Source: Patellaria atrata CBS 101060
Taxonomy: Eukaryota
Direction: 5' to 3'
Length of the DNA stretch: 64,000 nt
Assembly (NCBI GenBank): GCA_010093705.1
Contig: MU006096.1
Span: 111,558 to 175,557, forward strand
Part shown: positions 1-14,430 of the stretch, in pieces
How positions within the stretch are numbered: the stretch's first letter is position 1
How the letters are laid out: each line of letters starts with the position of its first letter
Position numbers and translations under genes: made by a program
Notes under the pieces: model-generated
Database searches by the model: none
What the model was told of the DNA's origin: nothing
What the model saw: only the letters and a program-made list of their open reading frames with translations

Positions 1-3000
1 CGCTTGGGTGGTTGAATAAAACTGAAAGTTTCTTGGCTTCGCTGACATACACTTGCTCGGGCATTGTCAACTTGAACAGATGTACCGAAGGGTGTCCATT
101 TGGCAATGTATGGTTAATAACTTTTTCCACCATGCAGCCGTCAATCGACACATCTGGTAGGTCATTTCTCTTCAAATTGAGATACAATTGACGAGGAACG
201 ATGACTTTCAAGGGATGAACTTTCTTGTCGATAAGGACGAAAGCTCTTACCTCACCGGGGGTATCTGTCTCACGAAGCTGAAGAAGTTGCCAGGTGCTGA
301 TGTAGAGCAACTCTGCTTGGTTCCTGAAGATGCTGCTGATCCCATCTACAGCATCCGGACGTTTTTCTCCGAAGAGTTGTCGTCGCCGTATCCTAGCCTG
401 CTTCTGGATCTTCCACTTCTTCTTCTGATATTGAAGCCACCCTTTGTAGTCTTCAGTAATAGACGGCATCTTTGAAGGAAGACTCGCATACGGATCAGTC
501 TGAAGCGGAACGGCAGGTTCTGGTGCTTTCCGTTTTTGGGCCATCTTAGTAACAACCCCTTTCTTCGATTTCGAGAACTGTGACGAGCCAAAGTCCTCTA
601 CATCGGCCACCCTGTTGCCAAGGGTATTCGTATCGATATCTACCAGAGTTTTCTTGTCGAACATATCGGTCATCTTCTTTTGTTTAAAGATGTCGTCCTT
701 ATTCCTGATACGGCGCTCAAGCCAGTCCGGATGAGGAACCCTAGGAACGGGATTACGAACCTTCTGAAGCGCGGCAGGGATCGTGATAATTTTCTGGATG
801 ACAGAGGACAGACGTTCAAGGTAGTAATTCCAATCTATCACAGACCTTGGATCCATATCACCCGGGTCCTCCTTAAGCCATTTTCGGAGAAAGAAACGCT
901 TAACCGATTCTTCGGCCGAGAAGATCGCCACAGGAAGCGCGCGTTCTGTAACCGGGGCGTGTTTTGGACTGGAAGAAATAATGTACTTGCAGTTAAGACC
1001 CTTGTCCTTAACCATTTGCTCCCCTAGGAACTCGGCGAGGCGCTTTGCTGTGGTAATGGCGGTCGATTTCTGCGCACCATACTCTTCTAAGGTCTTTGTC
1101 ATGCTCTTATTCTCACAAATCAAATCAATAAGCTCCTCGTCCGCTAATGCGGATCCACGAAAATGGAGGACATCTAACCATCTATCAGCTTCCTTAGCAA
1201 CCGCTCCATAAGTCTCTGCAAGCGTTGTTCCCTCAAGGAAATGTTTGAAGATTGCAGTCTGGAATATCTTGATAAGCTTCAACTCTCCACGACGCTTGAC
1301 CTCAAAACCTTTCAGTTCGGCTAAGCTACCGTCATGATTGAAAACAGCGTATCGCTTTTTCAGATTCTTGTCTTCTTCCTTTGAAGTTGGTAGAATCATG
1401 GCTTTATATGGACCATCCACCTCGAAAAAGATAGTGTTATCGCTATGAGTCTCATATCGGTAGGTAGTTGGGTCCACCAAGGTTTGATATTGATGATTCG
1501 TAAATTTCGCATGCACAAGGTGATTCAACATTACACATGGGTATGAAATAGCAAGCTTCTTCCCGTTCTTCAGCTTGAACGCAAAGTTTTCCGGGAAAGT
1601 CGCAGGCAAAATACACCAGATACCGTCAGTGTCCAGTTCCAGCGGGCGGCCAATTCTTTCTACTAATTGTCGTGCCATTTGGATGATACGCGCTCCGGTC
1701 AAGCAGGTCACACCGGCCATGTCTAAAGAATACCATCGGGAACCCTTTCGCATGACGTATCCGTAAAAGCTATTAAGAATGACTTTATGGGCCAGCTGAA
1801 GGGAATCGAAAAGAACAATCATCTTCTTTGCTTCTTCGATCTCCGCTGCTGACGCTCCAGATGATTTGAGGGCGTCGGTCTTTCCCTTCCACACTTTCTG
1901 TTTACCTTTAAAATCATATCGACGGTCACGGAAATCTTTGACCGTATCAACGTAGAAAGGGTTTTCTCGTTGGCAGATGATAGCTTCACGCTCGATCGTA
2001 CGTGTTTCGTGAATCTTGTGGTAAATCTTCTTGCTATACTCCGTCAGCCGTTTCTTAACCATAGCCGCTTGTTCGTCCAGAGATAGCTCATTGAAAGTTC
2101 TGGTCGGTGCCGTTGGATAGCGACCGGGAAATCGTTCGTTTTCCAGAGCATGTCGAATCATATTATATTCATCTCTTTTGGCTGGAAGATACTCTCCTCT
2201 CCAGGACCATGGAAGCCTTCTATCACAGGTCTTCCCAGGTCGATTAAAATCGCATGCGGCACAGTCAGACTCCTTGATCATGGAATCTGGTTGTAGACGG
2301 TTGGTTGTCATAATATTCGGATACATGGATGCGACATCTAAATGGTAGATTGAAGGTTTCTCATTTCGGTTGGGTGTATTTTTCAATTGTATCAACTTTG
2401 CCGCGATCTGAGCTTTTACTTCTTCGTAATTCGTCACATCGTCAAACGACTTTTTCTCTTCGACGGTTATGACGAACTTCAATGCAGAATCTAGATCGCG
2501 TAGAAGCTCGTCGATAGCGGTAGTATCAAGTGCAAAATTACACGGAATGTCGCTTCGGAAAACGCCTGCTTCGATACTTTCGACATGACCACCGACGTAG
2601 GTTTCAGTTTCGAGGAGGTGACCCTCCCAAAATGCTTCTTTAGGAGCTTGATGCTTGTTCGGAAGGACGATATTCTTCTGATATGCCTGAACCATAAGAA
2701 GCATCTCACAAAGGGTTCCAGTTCCTTTACGTAGCGTATCATCGGGACTTAGAGGAATAATTGTACAAAGTGAGAAGACGAAAGGATGAACATATTTCAT
2801 GTATAGATAATAGGTTGCCACTGCATCGGAAACGGAATATTCAGCGAGAGTTTGTGGTCGTTCACTTGCGTAAGGAGTCATCAGTTCAGGATCGAGTTCA
2901 TCCGGATCGTATCCTAATTTGACCGTAGTAACAGCTTTTAGACCTCGACTCCCTTGCGGAAGATAACTGTCACGATTAACCCAAGCAAATGCGTCCATGT

Positions 3001-4405
3001 GAGAACAATAGTCGGAATGGTAAATATCCTCGCTATTCTTTCGGAACCCGATCTCTTGGTACATGTCTATTCCGTTGACACTTGCTCGGGCTTCAACGAA
3101 AGGCCAATCGAAAAAGTCACCGTTATAAGTTACCATGACTGTGGGCCTAGCTTCTTTGATATGATCGAAGAACCGCTCGATAACTGCTTTCTCGTCTGGT
3201 TCATTGAAGACCATGAATTGGCCTTCATACTCTGGCTTGGGAGTATATTCAAAGTCTGCAATATCTTCTGAGACGATCTCCCGGTTGGTTATTAGAAAAC
3301 CCTGTCCGTCGATCATATAAGATATCATCATGATTTGGTCGAACGCGGCGTTCGGGAATTTTAGGGGAAGCTTCGTGGTTTCAATGTCGTATGCCAGAAC
3401 CACAGGATCAGCACGTTTCAATCGTTCCTCGATACAAGTCATTGAAATAATCCCATGCTTCGCTTCTACTGTATACCATTTCCCAATGCGAATATCTAGC
3501 TCAGTTATTAGCCTCCGTACACCAAGTCTTCATTACACACTGCTTTACCTTTATCGATAGCTACTCGTACATGGTAAGGAACATCGTATTCTCTAATATC
3601 AACAATAAAATCGCTTGCGTCTATAATGCCATTAGGTCGTGTCTCATAATCATGCTCCTCATCAAACAAATCAAAGCCAGCATTAGCACTATATTATAGT
3701 TAGAATCCACTATTATTTATACTGGGCTTTTTACATACCTGGCGACTTCCGCATAAGTATCCATAGCACTCATATCTTTCTTGTTCTTTTCTGCAATTGG
3801 ACTAATCACTTTCCTCACTGAAAGTAGATCTCCCACGTTAACGAAGGATAGTTTAAGGAACGTCCTACGGTAGCCAAGGAGATGATTAGGCTTTTCAAGT
3901 GTCAGTAATCGGAGTGAACTATCAAATTGAATAATTCTTCACCTACCATCTGAAGGTCCTCCTTTTCTATCCGTTTGACAGTCTTTACTAGTCCCTCAAA
4001 TGCTCTTCTACACCATTCCTCGACCTCTTGCTCTTTTCCTCTCTTGATTGCAATCAGAAAGTACGGATCATATTCTAATGTAGCTTTAAATGAGCCTCCA
4101 TCATCGTCAATGAAATAAAAGTCGACACCAGCTCGACCCCCTGGAACGTTCTCGTCCTCCACGGTTGTGCTATGCATATTACAAAGCCACCCTATCCTCT
4201 TTTTACCCGAGTCATACTTCGGGAAGCCCATTGACTCATCGATCGAGTTTGCAAGGCGCGTTGCCTCGATCTTTTCATTCTGGGACGTTGCTTCAGTGCT
4301 TCGTAGAGTGGATGCATCGATGGTTTTGGGTTTACGCGGGCCATATGACGCTTTCCCATTCTTGGTGACACGGCGAAAGGGTTGACCTGTCCGAGGAGGA
4401 GCCAT
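1..4405 (-). CDS. POL2: DNA polymerase epsilon catalytic subunit (5' part; continues beyond window start)
   Basis: ATG at 4405; introns about 3891-3946, 3689-3738 and 3497-3548. Translation shows the exonuclease motif [15 protein letters not shown], polymerase motifs [20 protein letters not shown] and LELDTDG, and the CysX motif [13 protein letters not shown]. The frame stays open to position 1. Confidence 0.98.
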
Positions 4406-4808
4406 AGTCGAAAACTGAGAGTTGAGACGGGAACCGCAGGCGTGGAGGGGTGTAAATGTGTAAAGTAGGTAGGTATTACGACATTGATGCTTTAGAATTA
4501 TATCCTCAATATAAGCGTTATGAGACGGAGCTTTTAGAACGTATGAAAGGAATATGCGGGTATGCTCAAGAGCGTTGTTGGTATAATGCTACAAAAGTAC
4601 TACCGGAAGAAGTGAATGAAGGAAACTCGCGACGCGGGTCCCCGGACGCGATTATTCGCGCCATAATCACATTATACCGGAATTAGCTCGGCTAAACTTC
4701 GTGGCCAATCCGCATCATCCGCATGAACTTATCATTAACAGACTCGATTTGTATATATCAAGGTCGCATCATCCCCCAAACCATTGAACCTATTCGAATC
4801 GACTCTCC
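4406..4808. promoter_or_regulatory. Divergent POL2/COX20 promoter with clustered MCB-like CGCG elements
   Basis: 4626-4662 reads actcgcgacgcgggtccccggacgcgattattcgcgcc, giving four CGCG cores. MBF/MCB control of replication genes is established in ascomycetes. Confidence 0.6.
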
Positions 4809-5427
4809 ATGGCGGAGGAACGAGACGAGTCAGAGGGTGCCGCTAGAGGACCTCGTAGGATATATGAGGGGAAGCTCCCCGAAGATGTCGAGAAGCTCTT
4901 TGCAGGTCGAGGAGAGGACATGAAGGGCCGCCCTATAACAGAGGAAAAGGCCAACAAATACGAACCGACATTGACCAATGGGCTTAGAACAATCAAGATG
5001 GAAGATTGGAAAACATTTCACAAACAACCGTGTGTGCGGGAGAGTCTAATGACGGCTATTGCTAGCGGGTTTGCAGGTGGTGGTGTTGCTTGGATTTTAG
5101 GGAGTATGATCACCTGGTTACACTAGTTCTTTCCAGAGGATTGTACTAACAGTATCGTTCTGCGCAATAGAGAAGACATGGAATGCTTGTAATTGGGCTG
5201 TCGGCACCTACCTTTTTGCCTCGTTTACCGCATATCAATGGTGTCAGTTCGAACGTAAAAAAGCGAGAGAAGGGATGCGAAAGGCAGTTGAAATAGTCGA
5301 TCGAAGAAGAAAGGAACGGGAAATAAGGGCAGCTATTGAAGTTAAGAGACGAGCAGAGGAGCAGGCAGCATTGGAGGAGGAAGAGAGGCGTAGGAAAGCA
5401 CAGCAGAGATGGTATAGATTTTGGTGA
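4809..5427 (+). CDS. COX20: Cytochrome c oxidase assembly protein Cox20
   Basis: PCVRESLMTAIASGFAGGG, then an intron at about 5104-5170, then ACNWAVGTYLFASFTAYQWCQFERKKAREGM...RWYRFW*. The Cys and transmembrane pattern matches Cox20/FAM36A. Confidence 0.85.
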
Positions 5428-5959
5428 CCGCATAATGGAATATCCGCGGGTTCGATGAGCTAGGGCGGCGATTATCCTACACGATTTCTTGTAAATTGTC
5501 CTTGAGGCTATTGGTTGCGCATGGAAGTCTAAAAGGTGTTTTGCAGACTGGGACATTTCTGTAGTACTACCTCAGACGGGAACGATTCCACTTCCTCAAT
5601 TCCAGGCCGGCTCTCCACAAGGAGATATTTGTACAGGACTCTGCACCACCAAAATTTCAGTCTGACCATGGCTCAGGATTTGACCTATGCATTTAGTGTC
5701 ACACCGACAGCGATATCTGATGCAGCTTCGGACGCTTCCTGTACCTTCTAACCGTGCAGCCTTACCCGAGAACTAGACGGAGATCTGGATGATCCACCAT
5801 CAGGGTCCATTTACGGTAAGCACAAGCAATCTCGCCCGGCAACTCACACAAAGCGAGAAGAAACCCTAACAAAAACACCACCACAAATTATCATCACATA
5901 TAATATTCTCGATGCCCCATTCCTAACCCCGAACCCGTATACTTTCCATAATTGTAATA

Positions 5960-6730
5960 ATGCCTCCCACCGCTGTCGCCCTCAACTTCAACCCCACGAT
6001 CTCGCACCCCTCTCCAAAGCGCAAACGTAACACTTCCGACCCCACTGTACTCCCATTCGCACCCCGCCTCACTACTATCGATATCCACGAGCCGCAACAG
6101 CCTCTCTCCTCCGGCGAAAGTAGTCCCAGATCTTTGATCGCGAACCAGTTCTCCGACCTCCAACTCCGCTCCAAAGCACCCTTTCCCGAATTCACGGGCA
6201 GCGTATCCAAATCCCCCACAGCTGCGCAACCGAAGCGCGCAAAGCACTCTGCCAAAAGCAATGGTACCTCTGCCATTGCGTTATCTTCGACTACCGCGCC
6301 AGAAAAGGAAGAGCCCATACCGCTCGTGCCACCTGTACCTCCTCCACCACCAACAGCCCTAGTAGCCGAGTCGACCACCGATCCCATCTCCCAGCGCGCT
6401 TCATCTCCGCCCGCCTCCACTACTGACTCCAACAGCCTGACCTGGCAGCTCTCTGAGATTACGGGCCACAACCTCGATCCTTCATCAGACGATGACGGCA
6501 CTGGCATAAACGGGATCGGTTTCAAACCAACGCCTGCGATGGCATACGCTCGCGCTCAGAGAAGACGGCAGCAGGTAACAGAGTGGCGAGCTAGAGAGGC
6601 GCGAGAAGCAAGGCAGAGGAGGATGGAGAAGAGAAAGGCCGCGGCTTCGGGAGTGGTTGCAGTGGGAGGACTGAATGGTGCGTTAGGAGGACTAAAAGAG
6701 GAACGGAGGAGGGTTGTTAGGTTTGCTTAG
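5960..6730 (+). CDS. Conserved fungal hypothetical protein (P/S-rich, basic C-terminus)
   Basis: Single-exon 256-aa ORF. The C-terminal block WQLSEITGH..DDDGTGINGIGFKPTPAMAYARAQRRRQQVTEWRARE resembles a Pezizomycotina conserved hypothetical family. Confidence 0.75.
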   Translation: MPPTAVALNFNPTISHPSPKRKRNTSDPTVLPFAPRLTTIDIHEPQQPLSSGESSPRSLIANQFSDLQLRSKAPFPEFTGSVSKSPTAAQPKRAKHSAKSNGTSAIALSSTTAPEKEEPIPLVPPVPPPPPTALVAESTTDPISQRASSPPASTTDSNSLTWQLSEITGHNLDPSSDDDGTGINGIGFKPTPAMAYARAQRRRQQVTEWRAREAREARQRRMEKRKAAASGVVAVGGLNGALGGLKEERRRVVRFA

Positions 6731-8054
6731 GAGGGGGATGGGATGAGAGAACTGAGTTGGGTTTGCACAGGAGTTTAGCGCAAGCCATTGGATTATATGT
6801 TTTGGTTCGCTTTGATTGGATATTTTATGAATTATTTGGTAATATGGATGGTTTGTCCTTTACTTGTGGGTGAAATGGTTGGAATATAGTGTGGACGGAT
6901 TGAAAGGTCATGGGGCTTCTGGAGTAACAGGACCGATTTGGGAATGATCTGGATCTGAAAGAGAGTAGCGAGGTGTTTTCCGCTGCATTTCGTTCAGTCT
7001 TTAGGTATGCAAATGGAGTCCTGGTATCCGGGGTTTGGGAGGTCCACTGAGGCTTTGTTATCAGGATCTTTGAACGACTGATGAGATAGGTGAGTTTGTA
7101 ATTCGCGAAGTCTCAGGTTAAAAGGGAAAAGTATGACTCCGCTCACAGTGTTAAATATGTCTTATATCGCTTTGAATAAACATCTAGTCTTTATTCCTTC
7201 CCCAGTGCTCATTAGTTTTATTGTATTGCAAACTTTCAAAGCTCTGTCAATTGCCGTATAAGAGAACTAGTTGTACAAAATGACACACAGCTGTACAGAT
7301 ACGCGTAAAATGTCAAGAATGAAGATCTACCCATGGTTCGCCAAAAGCTACGGTCCTCTACCATACAGCAAGCGTACAGCAGTCATGGAAAATGCACCGC
7401 AACAATAAAAGGAAATTTCTCATAAGCGTCCCAGTTATGCACTCAGGCATGGAATGAGTTTAATGTGATCCACTCAAATCCTATTTCGTTTTTCAATGCC
7501 GAACCCATTCAGAAATATCTATGGATCGGGTCTTCACGGTCCCTGGTCGTGTTTGATATCTGGCTATAGTAGCGCTTCTGGCGCGTTTTCACTGGTCGAC
7601 GCCGCTCAGTTTGTTCTCCACGCGTCTTTCTTTGGTTTCGATCCAGCCGAGTTCTTCGATATCAGAATACTGAGTAAATCGTAGCTTTCAAAGGCGACGT
7701 CTTCGCAATCGTGTCATTCGGATATTAGTAACAGGGTCTCTGGGCGTCAAGTGTTTACCAAATCAGAGAATGCAAATGGTTAAAGTTGAATGCGAAGGGG
7801 AAATGACTGGGACAAAGACGAATCGTTGGATATCAATTCATTTCCGGTTGCAAAATCTTTAATGTACAACCCCATGCGCAAATACCCGGCATTCGGACCG
7901 TGGAAACATGGCCCAACAAAATGAAAGCAACCATCCCATGACACATTAGAAACCGTGAACACCGCCAGAACCTGCCATATGCTCAGCGAACCACAACCCA
8001 TATCGCTAAGGCGAGATTCACCAAATCCTAGAAATCCCAAAGAGAAGAAACCGT

Positions 8055-8645
<591 letters not shown>

Positions 8646-9176
8646 TTTTTGGAGTTGTTTGATTTGGGAGAAAAAAAGTTAATGAACTTTGAAGTTGATT
8701 GAGATTGATGGAGAATGCCTGGTATGACTGAGAGCAAGATAAGTTTTGATGGATGGACGAGGGAAACGAGGAAAAGAACGGGCGATGGGGCAGACGCGGT
8801 TCTTATGGCAGTCGTGGGGTGGGTGTTGATGCGCCCAAATCACCAGGTTGGCGCTAGGCCGGAAGTGGTGTGCGTGCAGTCTCGTTTGTTTTAAGGAACA
8901 TCAAAAAGTTGACCAGCTCAGGCAGGAAAGAGCTGCACTGACCTCCGTGACTGCCGAAAATCAAGCGACACACGCCCGCGCAACTTGTTGATCTGGCGGC
9001 CTTCCTCGCGACGACTTAAATTTCCCACATCCCCCGCCAGCGACATCTTCCACATTTTACTTTTCTCCATCGCAAAATCTTCTCGGATCCATCGACGCAT
9101 TACTCCATCTATCTCACTCTAACATCTCAATCCAAACTCCAACCTCAACTTTCAATCCAACCCAAAATCTATCAAA
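8646..9176. promoter_or_regulatory. Bidirectional H2A/H2B promoter
   Basis: About 530 bp between the head-to-head histone genes, the canonical fungal arrangement. Confidence 0.8.
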
Positions 9177-9914
<738 letters not shown>

Positions 9915-10441
9915 TGATATCTGATGAGCTGAAGAAATCATTTCAATTATTTTGCTTCACCATTTTGTGACCTGAACATTGCTGTGCATCTTCACCTTCC
10001 ATCTAGCTTTTTGGCACAAAAGGTTTATATTCCATGCGATGTTTAAACGCGCCAAACATCAAAAACATGATATCCAACGAGCATGGTAGTCTGATTTCTT
10101 ACGAAAAGCAGTTCCACCTAGGAGTTGAAGCAGTTTCACTTTCGGATCTAAAATCTATCTCAAATCAAGTCATAATTTGCTATCAAATTCTTGTAATTTT
10201 TGGAGCACCACAATGCGCATTTGAAAATATCAATTCCGGTCAATTTATGGATATGGCGTTCCCAAAGAGGTAATCCTCTTGGCTTCTTGAACCTCAAGAT
10301 GGTTGCTTACCAAGATATGGTAGGGACATAAGGTAGAGGGTGCAAAATGGATCAAGAAACAAGATAATGACTATTTCTTGACTTCTTATATACATGATAA
10401 CCTATGAACACCATCCCAAGCCAACCAAAGATTCTCCATGA

Positions 10442-10962
10442 TCACAGTTTCATCGGAGGAGGAGCTATATTGACATTAGACCGTGATAGAATTTGCGAGA
10501 TCTGCAATGACTTACGGTCAAGTATAGGTGCTGGTACATTACGCTCGTATTTTGAACCTACCAGGGTCAATTCTGGAGTCAATACTGATACAAGGGATAA
10601 CTAGCATACCTCCAGGCGCGGATGGTGGCCTATACGGATCAGGGTGTTTCCATTTCTCTAAGAGCTCCTCTGTTTGTTCATATATCGCCTACGGTAGAAT
10701 AAGTATACAAATATGTGCTACTCCATCAATCCGCGTGCACACATACCCGTTGCTGTCTCGGTTCCTGGACATGTCTGTTGGCTTCAAAAAGGGATCTGAT
10801 GTACAACGCCTGGCCTCTCCACATATGTCGATGGACTGCCCAATCGAGAGCAAGCTTAAGAGACCTCCGATAGAGTTTCCTAGAGTGAATCGTGTGAGTT
10901 TCTTGCAGTAGATGGATTTAAGGTGACTTCATAGCTTACAAGGCTACCGGATTTGGAGACAT
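10442..10962 (-). CDS. NDUFB9: NADH:ubiquinone oxidoreductase B22 subunit (LYR-motif, NDUFB9 homolog), 5 exons, 99 aa
   Basis: Spliced by hand from exons 10962-10940, 10879-10747, 10688-10610, 10557-10516 and 10464-10442 (300 nt, all introns GT-AG). Product: MSPNPVALKLYRRSLKLALDWAVHRHMWRGQALYIRSLFEANRHVQEPRQQRAIYEQTEELLEKWKHPDPYRPPSAPGGSKYERNVPAPILDPPPPMKL*. Confidence 0.93.
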
Positions 10963-11322
10963 GACTATCCGACAGTTATCAGCTATCAAAGCTGCTGCGC
11001 GGGAGTAGTGCCGTCCTAAACAGATCGTAAGGGGCTCTGATGTTCGATTAATTGAGCTTTTGTTGTTGTACGTAGTCAATTGCGCAAGATATGGTCGATG
11101 GGTGAGGTGCAGGGTATGTATGTCTGGGCAAGCGCTCCGGCAACTCCCCGGCAGAATGCTCCGTCAACCCATGAGCTTTGCTACTCTCCGTTGCAGCTGC
11201 ATCAAATTAATCTCTCAAAAGATAACTTTTAGCCCAACCTGTCAATTGCTGCTGGAGCTGTGTCATCTCCTCCTTTTCTCTCCTTCGCTCTCTCGTGTCG
11301 ACTGTAGTCACTCCCTTTCTCC

Positions 11323-13071
11323 ATGATGTCCAATCAGCAATCTCTCCGTCTTGCGGCTATGTCGAAGCTTCCCGCGCGGTATTGTCGGCACCTCCGCTCG
11401 TCCTCGTTCAAGCTCACTCAGCCAGGTGCTGGAGTGAGGAGTTTTAGCATTCGGTCTACTCCAATCTCGCGAACGCTATTATCTACGACTCTTAGGTATG
11501 CTATTGTTGATTAGAACTATCTGTTTACCAATAACTGAACAAGCTCCAGAAACCCGACCTCATTACCTTCCATCACTCACGTCAGTTTTACACAATATCG
11601 CAATTATGGTTCGTAGCGCCTAGAGTAGCTGTCAGTGTAGTTCAACACCTAATAGAAGTTACAGCGGAGAAGATTGTTAAAGTGCCTGAAATGGCAGAGT
11701 CTATATCAGAAGGAACATTGAAACAATGGTCAAAACGTATGGCATGAGGCTATATCGGAATCTACGAGGAATGACGTTCTAATTACGATACTACAGAAAT
11801 CGGAGACTTTGTTGAACAGGATGAGGAGATTGCGACCATCGAAACTGACAAGGTACGGTTGCACAGCATATTTTATAATCTCTGGCTTACCAGCGGTGAT
11901 AGATCGACGTGTCAGTCAATGCGCCGGAGGCTGGAACGATCAAGGAGTTTCTCGTTAACGAGGAGGACACCGTCACGGTGGGACAGGAGATTGTGAAGAT
12001 GGAGCTGGGCGGCGAGCCATCAGGGAGCAAGAAAGAAGAGGCGAAGGATGAGCCAAAGGAACCGGCCTCTGCTGACCAGGAAGAATCAAAGCCTAAGCCA
12101 CCGAAGCAAGAGGAGAAGGCGCCTGCTCCAAAGGAAGAGAAAACAGAGGAAAAGAAACCAGAACCTCCTAAAGAGGAGAAGAAACCCCAGCCGCCCAAGC
12201 AGGAAAAGAAGCCCGAGCCATCAAAGAAGGATGCTGAGAAGCCCAAGACAGAATCCGCTTTTGGTAACAGGGAAGAGCGCCGAGTCAAGATGAACCGCAT
12301 GCGCCTACGAATTGCGGAACGTTTAAAGCAATCGCAGAACACCGCGGCCGCTCTTACTACATTCAATGAGGTTGATATGTCGTCAATTATGGAATTTCGA
12401 AAATTGTACAAGGATGACGTTTTGAAGAAGACCGGAGTAAAGCTTGGATTCATGAGTGCCTTCTCACGCGCATGTATTCTGGCCATGCGAGACCTCCCCG
12501 CTGTCAACGCGTCGATTGAGGGACCTAATGGTGGTGATACAATCGTTTATCGTGATTATGTGGATGTTAGCGTTGCCGTCGCTACCGAGAAGGGTCTCGT
12601 CACCCCCGTTGTTCGGAATGCAGAGTCGCTGGATCTCGTCGGAATCGAGAAAGCAATTGCAGATCTCGGCAAGAAGGTATATCTCAAGTCTGTTACTCAT
12701 GACATTTGCTGATATATCTAGGCGCGTGATAACAAACTGACCATTGAAGACATGGCTGGAGGTACTTTCACCATCAGCAACGGTGGTGTATTCGGTTCGC
12801 TGATGGGAACACCCATTATCAATCTTCCCCAAACAGCGGTGCTCGGTCTTCACGCCATCAAAGAGAAGCCGGTCGCCATCAACGGCAAGGTAGAAATTAG
12901 ACCTGTGGGTCCCCCTGATGTCTACCTTTACAATGACCGAACACTAACACCCTCCAGATGATGTATCTTGCCTTAACTTACGACCATCGTCTACTAGACG
13001 GCAGGGAGGCTGTCACATTCTTAGTCAAGGTTAAGGAATATATTGAGGATCCGCGCAGGATGTTGCTTTAA
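11323..13071 (+). CDS. KGD2: Dihydrolipoamide succinyltransferase (2-oxoglutarate dehydrogenase E2), mitochondrial
   Basis: R/S-rich presequence, lipoyl domain ([18 protein letters not shown]), K/E/P linker and catalytic domain ([27 protein letters not shown]). About 6 introns. The start could instead be a downstream Met. Confidence 0.97.
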
Positions 13072-14430
13072 AGGTCGGTTGAGAAATTGCGTGTAGAATG
13101 TTTTATATAATATGTGTATACGATGAATGCGGCTCGATAGGGGCCGGCGGTAAAGGGGGTGGAATCTGTGTAAGATAAAATTAGGTTTTTGGTTTATCGA
13201 AATACTCTATCTACATGTCAAAGAATGTGTGAGCTAGACTTGTTTTGCATTCTTCGTGATTGGGATATGCTGTGGCTTGAACCATGGGTGGATTGCAACG
13301 GTTGTGTTAGGACTTTTGCAGGCCCACAGTAAACGGGATAGATCTTCGTTTAAAACGGTTATTTCTATGATGAGTGCGTATAGCTTCTGTGCTCCTGTTA
13401 TGGTGCGTTGGTGATGCCATGTTGTCTGCACAACGGCGTTGATATTGCACCTTTTACGCCGCCTTCAAGCTTGATGACCCTCTATAACTCTATTCTCAGC
13501 ATGTATAAACTCGATGTATCTATAAATGCATGATTTATGTGGGTACGATCCAATCTCGTCGGGTCCGGTACTAAATCAAGAGTTGTTTGGAAGATGAACA
13601 TACTTTCTAATACAATCTTACATACTTTTATGTTTTCGAATTTAAATTTACACGAAATATTCAAATATTCACATAAACTCAACCACAAACTCAAATATTC
13701 TCAAAATTGCAACAGGAATTATGTTACCACTATTCTACACCGAATGAACCTAATTTTGGAGCAATTCATAGCGCAGGTTGCGCCGTGATGTACAAGGGGG
13801 TTGGAGAGGAAAGGGCGGAGCTTGGGTCTAGTATCCATAGGGCTGTGGAAGCACGACAACAACATCTCATACAGACTAGACCAGATCAAACACAGAGTGC
13901 GATATATGCTACGTACACAGGTAGTTTAGAGACCATAATACGCACGGCTCGTTGTGTCCCTGAAATGATCGTTGAGAGAGCTATGCTTCTGAGGTATATT
14001 TCTAGTTGCCCAGGTTTGACTGTACTGGACCTCCGAAAATTTAAAATGCACACTACAAGCAATGGTGAGATGATGATCTATCGTCTATGAATGTTTCCTA
14101 AATTGGTACCCGTGTCAGTTAGTTTCCACAGGCACTGGAGACATGTTCGTTCGTGAAAAGGGGCTTCGTGGGATGATGGAGGAATACCACCAACGCAGCC
14201 CAATAGGTTATGATTCAGCTCTAGTATACTACAGGAAAGTAAAACAAATAAGGCAATTTACATATACAGATTCTATTATATACACGGGCAAAGTCACCGG
14301 TCCGAGGAAGTTGAGAGACTAAAGAGTGTCGACATCACGGCTGATTACCAAGAGCATCGGTACGAGGCAACCGCGCCAATAATTCACGATAAATGTACAG
14401 TGTAGTACTAGCCGTACAAGCGGGCGCACC

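Noticed and set aside
1..4405. Intein or insertion in POL2
   Set aside because: The translation is colinear with ordinary Pol2 motifs, with no inserted domain.
5923..6525. 200-aa minus-strand ORF
   Set aside because: Antisense to the better-supported 5960-6730 gene.
11887..12507. 206-aa minus-strand ORF
   Set aside because: Mirror of the KGD2 K/E/P linker and catalytic exon.
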